Below are positions 22,101 to 32,222 of a stretch of 32,222 nucleotides of DNA, piece after piece. The position numbers and the translations under genes were made by a program. Source of the stretch: Bipalium vagum (taxonomy: Eukaryota); the NCBI GenBank assembly GCA_037834085.1, contig JBBMKC010241515.1, positions 1-32,222 on the forward strand. Reading direction: 5' to 3'. The notes under the pieces were generated by a model. It saw nothing but the letters and a program-made list of their open reading frames with translations, was not told the origin of the DNA and did no database searches. Within the stretch, counting starts at the first letter, position 1. The number at the start of each line of letters is the position of its first letter.

Positions 22101-24452
22101 TAATATAAGAAAAGCATTTATTGAACAATTTTAATCAATATTCAAACTGATTAAATTCAATTAATTCGTTTAAACAAGTAGATTATTTTATTAATAAAGT
22201 TATTTTAAAAAAGATTGACTTTCAACGCTCACACTTTATACGAATTAAATCAATATTTTTAATATTTAAAGCTTAATTTTTAAAAATTTTTATTTATTTA
22301 TTATTTTTTATCTTTTTCTTCCTTAGTCTTGCTGAGCTGAAATGTATTTATTTATTCCTACTCTCATAAATTATTGCTCGTCCCATTTTTGTCGTTTAAA
22401 ACAATTATTTTTAATTATTAAATATATAAAAACCGTTTATCACAAATTATTTATTTTCAGCGGTAATTTTAATTTCCGTCGAAATTTGTCCTGAGAAATA
22501 TTATCAAATTAACGTATGGAGAAATATTTTTCAAACACTGAGATTCAATATAGAATCTCAGATTCCCACAAGGAATGGAGGCGAAAGGAGAGTGATTCGG
22601 GAGCAGTGTCGTTACTAATTAATTATTCCCTTTCATGAGATTCGATTTCCGTTGTCTGTCGTCCATGGACATTCTCGGTAAGTGGCAGCAGTCTGCTATG
22701 GTATGTTTTTTCGTACATTTTAAGTATTTTAATCGCATTCCTTTACCAAGACTGGGCGTTTTTCATAATTAAAATCTTCGGATTTCGATGCATTTTCTTT
22801 CATGTAGATCCATTCCTCCACTGCTGCCACTGATGGACATCCCGGGCAAGACTTAATCGAGCAGTGCACTCTGAAAAATAGAGTCTATGTTCACTTGTAT
22901 ATTATCAAGAACGCAATTCATTCTGAAAAATTAATTTATTTTGGAAGTATGGAAAGTAGAACAAATGACACTGAGAGAAATGTTTTACGAGTTCTCTGGG
23001 AATCGTCACCACCTCGAATTGATCGTGTTTTTCAAACAAAAACAATCTTTTATTTTAAAACTTTTAATCTAAGTCAAATGTATCAATAATTTTTCGACCC
23101 CGAGAGAACATTAAACAAGATGTTGGAAAATTAGAGATGTGTGTATTACTTAAATATTTCCTTGTTTGAATATTCGACTGCCAAGGTAATCAAAAGTAAC
23201 TAACAATGGTGTCGAATATCTTTTGGATTAATAAATTTATTATAATTTTGAATAATCCTCATTTCACAATCAAACTCTTTTAAATAACAACACGAACTAA
23301 GACAATACACTTTATTGATCGCACAACAAAACGACACTGGAAATGATTAATCTAACTATTGTCAATAATGTCTCTTGTCATACCGCAGCTTAACATTGAT
23401 TTAATGATTAAAACAATAGTTCAAAGTCTAATGGTGGTCTTATCAAATAAAATAATGAATAAAATTTTTCAACAATGAAAAAATCTCAAACAGATCGATA
23501 ATTAAAACTTAAATAATCGATAAATAAAATATGAAAACCAATACAATCTTTGCAGGAAGTTATATTCCAAAATGATCTTCGTGGATTATTTATTGTCATC
23601 TTAAAAGTGGGACTTTATTTATTTATTTTCAATAATATAATATTACATCGATATATTTTTGATTTTGTCGATATTATTGAAAATACTTTACAATACTTAA
23701 TTATTAATCAATTCAAATATTCTTGAATTCCTTTAGAAATAATATGTATGAACCCATAAATTTTACTCTTGAAACCATTTCAAAACGTAAAATTATGCTT
23801 TTTAATTAAAACGGCTCAGATTAACTTAATAGTCAAATACTCATAAAAAAACGTAATTCTGATTTTTCAACTTTAAAATTCAGCAATAAAAATAATTTTT
23901 AGACAATAAATAAATAAATAAAAAGTAAATTTAATTATTTTATAAAATATAATATATTTTATAATAAAATATAAAATTAAGATGCTTCAATTTTAAGAAT
24001 AATATGCAGAATTATTTGTCACAGCTTGAATAATAATTTTAGGTCACTTAAACTTATTTAAGAGCATTGGAGTAAGAGGAAGAGTTATTTGATAACTCTC
24101 AGAGGTTTTTTCGAAATATTATCACTATTCGAACGATTAGTTTGTTTAAAATTTTTAAAATAAAGATATCACGCCTAAATTAACGATTATTAAATGTTTT
24201 TCATTTACAGTTTTTGAAAATATAATGTTACGGATTTTTAATTATTTAAATTATTATTACAAATAAATTTTGGTTAATTTTAAAAAAGTAAATAATTTAA
24301 TTTTAATAAAAGGTGAGGGACAAGTTTGAAAAGTTTGTATGATTAATGGGATTTTAAAAAATATTTTATTATTGCTTTGATTTTGAATTATTATTGAAAA
24401 AATGACCACACAAGAATATAACTATCAGTACGCAACACAGGTAAATACCTAA

Positions 24453-24857
24453 TTATTGAGTAGTCAAGCATGAAATTTATAGTAAATAACTTTAACAGCT
24501 GGTTATTTAACATTGGCGTAATATTGTACGATCAAGTTTCTAATTTTGGTAATATGCATATTTCTCCAGTTTAAAATAATCTTTGTAAGCTAATAAAATA
24601 TTAATCAATTGTTTCAATTAATCAATTTTATTTAAAATGGATATATCTGATATTCGCATTATTATGAAGTATGAGTTTTTACGTGGATCACAGACTTCTC
24701 GAAACATTAATCGTGTATTTGGCTGCAGTGTTTACTACACAACAGACAATATCACATTAATTCAGCAAATTTTTAAAAAATATTTTTGACCTCATTAATG
24801 AACCACGTGGTCATCCAGAATCAAAGGTCCGTAATGACGAATTAAAGATCGCCATTT
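24453..24857 (+). mobile_element. Mariner 5' remnant (cecropia-like)
   Basis: From the ATG at 24637: MDISDIRIIMKYEFLRGSQTSRNINRVFG/TTQQTISH*FSKF..FDLINEPRGHPESKVRNDELKIAI. A degenerate TIR near 24453 resembles that of the 20534 element. Confidence 0.85.
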
Positions 24858-25198
24858 ATGTGCATAGACATTCTAAAATAAAACTCGTGAATTGGTTAAT
24901 GAAAGATGTCTTTTTACCAATCAAGAAATGTTGACAAAAACAGTCAATTTTAATGTTGATCATCATTCTTAAAGGAAATTCCAGACATGTTATTCTATAA
25001 ACATCAAAAGGATCATATCAGCTGAATAGATCGGATTTTCAATAAATAGCTCTGCACAATATTCGCTATGTAGGAAAGAATGGACAGATTTATGGATTTA
25101 AATAATGATAAATTCTGACAGGATATCTTCGTCAGGGGTGGTTACAATAGGTTCAAGAAAGCATTGCACATTTCTCTGATTGAATATTTGTGTAAGTA

Positions 25199-25261
25199 CA
25201 ACTTGGTCCAATAAATTGTCCGACCCTTTTAAAAAGGTGGACGATTCGTTGGACCAAGCCT
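25199..25261. mobile_element. 63-bp palindromic TIR-only mini element / hairpin flanked by TA
   Basis: TA|caa-cttggtccaataaattgtccgaccctttt-aaaaaggtggacgattcgttggaccaag-cct|TA. It has a perfect 10-bp outer stem with continued pairing inward. Confidence 0.6.
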
Positions 25262-25949
25262 TATCTCCAATCAAAATGAATAAATTTCACATCTATCGTT
25301 AATACACTCCTGGTCTCACCATACCCCCATTAACTAACCCTCCAGCAAATTTTCCTCATTTACTTTTGACTTAGATAACAAATTCCAACACGGAATTGAT
25401 GCCGTCTCGATACAATATGTAAAATAAATGATAAAATTTTCTCATTAATTATTTTTGGTTGGTGGTCGACTTTTGTAGAGGTCTACAGATGCTGGTGCTG
25501 CTTCCGGTGCGTGAAGATTTGTCTTGATTTTTTTGCGCATGATTTCAGAAAGAAAAACTGACGTTCGTTGTGAAATTGTTTTTAAAAGTCTTTTTCCATT
25601 ACCTGTTCTCCCAAAGCCTAATTCAATTAGATAAATTGTCCCCCGGCCCCTCCATGCTCACCATTTCTTCGATTGGACCAACATTGATCCGTTTCTGTTT
25701 CTCGGTTACTTCCGTAAATATTTACATCAATTAGATTCATCAACAATTTCTGTTTTATTCGATAAACAATTATGATAAAATTAAATATCGGTCTTGAAAT
25801 AAAATAAACAATTGGAAAATTTCTTTCATAATTTTCCTGAAAAATAATGATTTTTCTCTTCTGTATTTAATTTTATCTGGAAAAAAAATATTAAATAATA
25901 TTCCATGGTATTTGGTAGACATTTTGAAAAAAAATAAAGAAATTATTCT

Positions 25950-26890
25950 TTTTATTTTTTGTTCAATCTCAATTTGAAAGGGGAATCGTATCTGAACAGT
26001 TTGGATAAACAAATAAATAAAATTTTTAAATCAATTTTGTTTTATTAAATAAAATATTGGAAAATTTTATTTTCTGTGCATCAATTTTCTTTACCAAATT
26101 TTGATCACTCAGGTCAAAAAATATATGAAATATTATTTTATTATTTTTTATAAATTTTTATTTTAAAAGAAATCTCGTCTGTACAAGTTCAAAAAATAAC
26201 GCATTTCAGAAAAAATAAAAATAAATTTTTTTCTTAATTTTTTAATTATTTTAGTTTTTATTTTAATTTTATTTTAATTATAACTATTATAAATATAAAT
26301 ATATTGTTGCTATTGTTATTGTTATTATTATATAATATAAAATAATATTTTATTTTTTTATAAATTTTTTTAAAGGAGAACAGATAAATAATCAATTCAG
26401 AAAAAATAGTTTTTTAATTTTCTTAAATAATGATTTATTTTGTTTAAATAAATAAGCGAATTTTTATGTGCCACTTTACTTTTCATAAATAATGATTTTA
26501 TTTAAATTTCTTAAATTCGTGATAAATTTTCGATGGTTCGTGTGTAAATGAAATTTTGTTTTAATTATTAATTTTGTTTTAATTTAAATAATTTGCCTAC
26601 TTAAAAAATTAGGTTATTCATTGGTCAAAAAAATATTATTTTTTATTTTTTTTATAATCTTTATTTTAAAAGAAATTTTGTCTGTACGAGTTCAGATAAA
26701 TAAACAATTCAGGAAAATATTTTTTTAATTTTCTTAAATAATGATTTTTTGTTTAAATAAATAAGCGAATTTTTAATATGCAACTTTTTTTTCTGATTTA
26801 TACTTTTATTTAATTTTCTTAGATTTTTGCTAAAGATTACGATGCCCCATATATGGAGAACATTTTGTTTTAATTATTAAAAATTTTTAA
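25950..26890. repeat. Degenerate tandem array of a ~250-280-bp AT-rich unit (3-4 copies)
   Basis: Recurrent blocks ggtcaaaaaa, ttttaaaagaaat...gtctgtac(a/g)agttca, cagataaata..caattcag, ttttcttaaataatgattt, tgtttaaataaataagcgaattttt and attttgttttaattattaa. Confidence 0.8.
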
Positions 26891-27380
26891 AGACTCCCAT
26901 ATTGAATTTCAATGTTTAAACGCCACAAATGCTTCTCAGGGTTCCAGTGTTCCATTCCCAACAGGTTCATAACCATTCGAAGGTCTTGAGCATTTCGTTC
27001 ATCCCGAAAACATTTTCCAGAGAGAGAATTCTTCCCTTTCCATCCCAACGACTCTTTTGTGAGGAGGAGATCGATAGATTAAAACAATAAATGAAAGCAA
27101 TTTGTAACATAATTGAAAAATTATTCCTCATTAAAAAGAAACTATTAATTAAAGATTTTGGTACAGCCCCATTTTGACAGAAATGCTCAGTGACGATTTT
27201 CCAAAATCTGCATAAAATCACACAGAGATCACAAACCTGTAATTAGAAATATTTCTTTGGATTTAATTTCCTTTAAATGAAGTGAATATTTTGTTTTAAA
27301 CTGAACTAATTATACATCTGAACCTCTTCCCTGACTTTGGAAGCCAGGGATTTGGCTGGACCAGTTTTTTTTCGATGATG

Positions 27381-27483
27381 ATTTCCATTAGGCTTAAGAG
27401 ACCCCTTCTTATCCTCCCTTTAATTTATTTCTTATTTCCATTGAGTTTAAGAGACCCCTTCTTATCTTCCCTCTAGTTTCTTA
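27381..27483. repeat. Tandem duplication, 53-bp period, 2 copies
   Basis: atttccatt....ttaagagaccccttcttatc(c/t)tccct occurs at 27381 and 27434. Confidence 0.9.
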
Positions 27484-27797
27484 TAGCAAGTTTCTTTGGA
27501 TAAAAATAACAATATCTTCCAAAGCAAATATTTGTCCAAGAGATAAAATTCGTTTGTTCTAAAAAAGAAAAACGAAAATATTTCTAAATGACGAAAACAA
27601 TTTCTGTTTTATTATTATAATAATTTCTCAGACGTAAACTGAACGGACCGTTGTTCTGGAGCTGTACATTGATACTTTCTAGGGGGCGTCTTTTGGTGTC
27701 GTTGTAGCTGAAAGGGCCAGACTTCCTGCTAAGGCATTTATCAGAGAAATCTATTTCTATTTTACGAAATATATTTAATGATATCGTTCATTTACAC

Positions 27798-28072
27798 CAG
27801 TGGCCTTCAACCTTTTTTAGCCTAACGCCCACTTTTGCTACATTCCCATTTATAAATAAATCTATCGCCCATCCAAACTTTAATGAACTTATTAAAATCC
27901 AAATAATGTTTATGACAAAAGAGAATGCAATATCTAAAACTAGTGTAGTAGTTGAAAGAATTAATGAGACCCCTGTGCTTGATGTTTCGATGCCTATGAC
28001 TTCTTCCTAACGCCTACCCAATATTTCAAAATGCCCACTAGTGGGCGATATCGCCCATGTTGAAGGTCACTG
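27798..28072. mobile_element. 275-bp hAT (Buster/Charlie-type) MITE
   Basis: TIRs cagtggccttcaac / gttgaaggtcactg (13/14 match). 8-bp TSD atttacac / atttatac (7/8, central TA). Subterminal cgccca motifs are present. Confidence 0.92.
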
Positions 28073-29323
28073 ATTTATACAAATATAAAAAATCGCTTGA
28101 TAATTAAAAGCTGTCTAGTAAAACAAATAATTAAGAAATACAGACCGAGATGAGGTATAAATGAATGATACGTTTTGGACCTTTTGTGAACGATTCTGAT
28201 TTTCTACCTTTTTTCATGACTTCACCAGAACAAAACCACTTTTCAAGGCTTACTTTCAAAAATAGCAATCAGAGGTTCTCTAGTCAAATAAATATGGTGC
28301 AGTAGGATTCTACTGTTTATAATCCCTTGGTAGTTCTCGAACGTTGAATTAACGTGTGATCAGTGTGGTGTAAGATAATCATTCTATGTTTATTCTCCAG
28401 TCCTGTAAATTTCATAAATTACTCCTTCCGGTGGCTAAAAACATCATAATGGATATAACCTTTCTTAACCCTAAAGATTACCTTATCTAAATCCATAATC
28501 AATCACGGATATTCCATCTCTGCGTTACTTGATCTGATTCAAGTGAGATTAATACAACTGGGTGGAATCGTGAATTTTAATATTACCCTATCAGATCTGT
28601 ACCAGAAGCCTTTTTCATTCTTTCATGGAAGAAACATTTCTGAAATGTTTCTCGGCAGTCAGTGTCTCTTTCTTTTCATTCATGTTTGATTTCTATTTTA
28701 ACTTTGGAATAATTCCTATAACTAAGACATAGCGACACAAAAGGAAACAATAAGTTACCTTATTTTTAACCCCCGTACCACTCTTACATAGTACAGAATA
28801 ATAAGGACATGTTATAATATTCACTATATTTTGTTAATTATAACGATTGAATCCCTTTTAACCTCAAACATGACTTTTCGACCTATTCACGATATCCACA
28901 ATAAGTCTTCATTAATTCAATAAATTTTCTTTTCACTGACCCCATGATCAAAATCTCAACAGTAATGAAAAACATTCGATTAATAAGATCAGTGTAAAAA
29001 ATTTTATAGAACATTAAAATCTCAAAGAGGAACGGTCACCTCTCTTTTTGTCATGATCCGTTTAATATCACGTAGAAATGAAAAAAAAATACCGTATCCC
29101 ATTGAATAATTAAAATTTTACTTTCCTCGAGTCACCTGGCTTTATAACCGGCTTCCGCTCAGTATCGTTTGTAATTTAATATTATTGGAAAATAACCGCT
29201 TAATAATTATGACTAATTGTAAATATTAAGTTTGTTTAAATAATAGTACCTTTTGAAGGTCATTTGAAAACGATAATATATTAACAAGAGACTATACAAA
29301 ATATTTCATATATTTCATGAGAA

Positions 29324-29880
29324 ATGGGTTATAAAAGAAACCGGTTAAAATTTTATTTTTTAAAAATTGGAAATTATCGCGGAAATTGAAGATGATCTAA
29401 GGATGTCTTCGGCTTCAATGGCTAAAACATTTCAATTTGATCCCTCCACTGTAAGTAAAATATAAAAGGGATATTGTACTCCTTAGTGCCGGAAATATCA
29501 ACCAAAAACGACATTGTATTAATAATTTTCCAAATGTCGATGAAGCTTTACATCGATGGTTTCTTGAGACCACATCGACTAATTTACCTATTAGTGGTGA
29601 CATTTTACAGATTAGAAATTGATATATCTTTTGTGCCATATGATTGGTCAGATCGACTGAAAATATCAATAATCTATCGTTTATAAAAGATTTCAAGGTG
29701 AAAAAGGCGATGAGGATTTCAATCCTGCTGAGCTTTGGATCTAACATGCTTATATTGAGATAATTAGACGTTACAAACTCGAGTATATATGCATGCAATG
29801 CAAATGAGACCGGTATTTACTGGTGTGTACTCCCAAAAAGCTGACATGCATTTAAAGAAAATGAAATGTTCGGAGGTTAA
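29324..29880 (+). mobile_element. pogo/Tigger (TIGD4/6-like) transposase remnant: HTH, CENP-B-type HTH and start of DDD domain
   Basis: MGYKRNRL/EIIAEIE...MAKTFQFDPSTVSKI, FPNVDEALHRWFLETTSTNLPISGDILQ, DWSDRLK, QGEKGD and IIRRYKLEYIC/NANETGIYWCVLPKS*HAFKENEMFGG (cf. IFNADETGLFY..LP). Multiple stops and frameshifts. Confidence 0.88.
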
Positions 29881-31102
29881 ATTATTACATACTATTTTGA
29901 ACAATATCTCAAAGGCAAGACAATTAACTTTTGATACTTGGTTTAAAGACCCTGAAAAACTGTTTTCTTCCCTTTTATCATCGATGGTATATTTTTAAAC
30001 TTTTTTTAAAATGAAAATTAGCAAATATTTCAAATATCGCGAATAATGATAAAAACCAAATTTTTCCTTAAAATCATGATTTCCACTCTAAACGACGTCG
30101 TGATATTAGGCGTCGTATTTTCAGAGACATCAGTTAAAAGTGTTTATTAAAACAAATAGTTGAATGACAAACTTATTATTATTAAACAAATCTTTTATTA
30201 TTTTCGTTTTTTTCATTTTATTCTCCGAACCGTAATTTTTCTCTCCCATGACGAAAAATGGGGATAAAACAGATAAAGAACGAAGCCTGGGGACCAGTAA
30301 TTTAATAAAAGGCCAGTCTGAAGCCTTGAGAAAATGTTAAGCTAAGAAAAATTAAAATGGTTAAGTGAAAATATTTCAGAAAATAACATCAATATTTTCG
30401 TTCTGCAAAAATGGAAAATAATTGTCGAGCATTTGGTAAAAGAAAGTTAATTTATTTCGATTCTGAGAAGAAATAAATAATAAAACGCAACGCAATAAAA
30501 AAAATAAATAATATTTTTGAAAATAAATTACCAGATATGTATTACAGTCGGAAAATAAATAATATTTCCATCTCAAAAATAATATTTATGGTTGCCAGGG
30601 AAAATGTTTTATTATTTTCTTTTTAATAATTGGATATTTGAAAAAAAAAATTTTTCTGATTACTTAAACAAAACACGAAAAAATGAAATTGTGAATTTCT
30701 TCAAGTTTTGTGTAATATGGTCATTTTTTACCTTTCATTATTTCCTGGTTCCGGTAATGAAAACTGTCTGAATGATATTTTTGAAAAAATTGTGATTAGT
30801 AAATCCTTACAGCTTTCGTGTGAAAACCTTTCATATCGGCTTGACCATGGTACTTCTGGAAAAACTCCACGTAACTGTTTTTTAGTTGCTCTTGTGTTTC
30901 TGGTTATCTAATGCTTCTTGAAAACTGAAACAAAAAATTTTTGTGCGCAAAAAATTGTTTTAAAAAATATTCTTTTTTACAAATTTTATTTTTAATTTTT
31001 AAAGTTTTTGATATAATTAATGTTCTTCTAGTAATATTAGTACGAAAAACACAAAACCTATAAAAAGAAACAGCCAATTAAAGTAGAGCTTTACCTTATT
31101 TA

Positions 31103-31766
31103 TTAGGATTAGTAATAAATAATCTAAAATGTGATTATATAATGTGAGTATTGCAATTGTTTTAACAAATCAATTTAAAATTGATTTTCAGATCAAATAT
31201 TTAAATAGACAATATTTTTGAAAAAATAATAATGCAAATATTTTAAAAAATTTCGTTTCCGCAATGTCTAGGATATGAACAGATAAAATACACATTTGAC
31301 ATTGTATCTTATATGAATTTCAACAATGTAACAAGAGCATAGAAATCAATTTTCTTTGTCCATTGCAAAGAATTAGAAATTTATGTGTGCGATTTTTTTC
31401 AAACATTTTAAAGGAGGTAAGCTTAGTCTCATAAACAACTTAATAGAACATACATCAATGAAGATTGACTGGGAAATTATGGAACATCCGCCCTCTTTAC
31501 CAGACATTGCCATAACGGATTTTCATTTATTCCGGTCAATGCAGAACACCTTGAGTGATACAGATTTCAAATCATGGGATTAAATCCGAAAATGGCTTAT
31601 CCAAACAGCCAGATTTTTTTCAAGAGGGAATTTATCAACTGACTGTAAGATAGCTTAAAGGGATCAATAACAATTGTGAATACTTTGACGGAAAATTTGA
31701 TTTCATTTTTTTTAAATAGGTTCTGAAGTTTTGTTAAAATTTTAGATTATTTAATACCACACATAA
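31103..31766 (+). mobile_element. 664-bp internally deleted mariner (capitata-like) with both TIRs
   Basis: Left end TA|ttaggattagtaataaataatctaaaat matches the reverse complement of the right end TA|ttatgtgtggtattaaataatctaaaat. Translates DKIHI*HCILYEFQQ, WEIMEHPPSLPDIAITDFHLFRSMQ and FFQEGIYQLTVR*LKGINNNCEYFD. Confidence 0.9.
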
Positions 31767-32132
31767 TATTTCTGTAATATCGGAACATGTTTATTATTTT
31801 GTTTGGGAAATGACAATCGTCAGCCTTTCTTCTTTGAAGAAAGAATTTTCTGTGTTCGAGAACAGACCTTTCTTCAATTTTTATCGAAAATTGTTTAAAC
31901 AAATGAGATTTTTTTCATTAAAACGAAACAAAACGAAATTAATTTAAAAGATAAAATTATCATTAGTGCGAATCTCTTTGAAATATACGCAGTGAAAGAG
32001 TCTTCACATTTCTGTAACAAGGATAATATTCGTATTACAAAATAATATCGTTGAGATTTATAATTAAAAAAGAAAGATAAATATTTAAGAAGATTTTATA
32101 AAAAATTAAGGAAAGAGTTTTAATATACTGAA

Positions 32133-32168
32133 ATTATTATTTATTATTATTATTAATATTATTATTAA

Positions 32169-32205
<37 letters not shown>

Positions 32206-32222
32206 ATTATTATTATTATTAT
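32133..32222. repeat. (ATT)n microsatellite, truncated by window end
   Basis: Directly visible, with attaat interruptions. Confidence 0.95.

Noticed and set aside
29415-29798. 127-aa minus-strand ORF ending in ...SH*, superficially like a hAT C-terminus
   Set aside because: It is antisense to a clear + strand pogo/Tigger transposase remnant.

Overview
Very AT-rich eukaryotic (invertebrate animal) genomic DNA, not prokaryotic. The one convincing protein-coding gene is a + strand class A (rhodopsin-like) neuropeptide-type GPCR of the tachykinin/luqin-RYamide/leucokinin/GPR83-like group. It has three coding exons (3265-3993, 5010-5213, 19277-19651) joined by two phase-0 GT-AG introns of 1,016 and 14,063 bp, giving a 435-aa protein. 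The rest of the window is mostly decayed cut-and-paste DNA transposons: about ten mariner remnants resembling several subfamilies, plus a Tc3-like, a maT/DD37D-like, an ITm DD37E-like and several pogo/Tigger remnants. Non-autonomous elements include a hAT/Buster-type MITE, a pogo-type MITE, a TGT...ACA Ginger-like foldback element and a 63-bp TIR-only hairpin. (AAT)n microsatellites and local tandem duplications are also present. All family assignments come from manual translation and recalled motifs; no searches were run. I found no convincing novel multi-gene system. The best leads are the orphan GPCR, the Ginger-like element, the DD37E remnant, the mini-hairpin and an unexplained structured GC-richer island at 22.6-23.1 kb.
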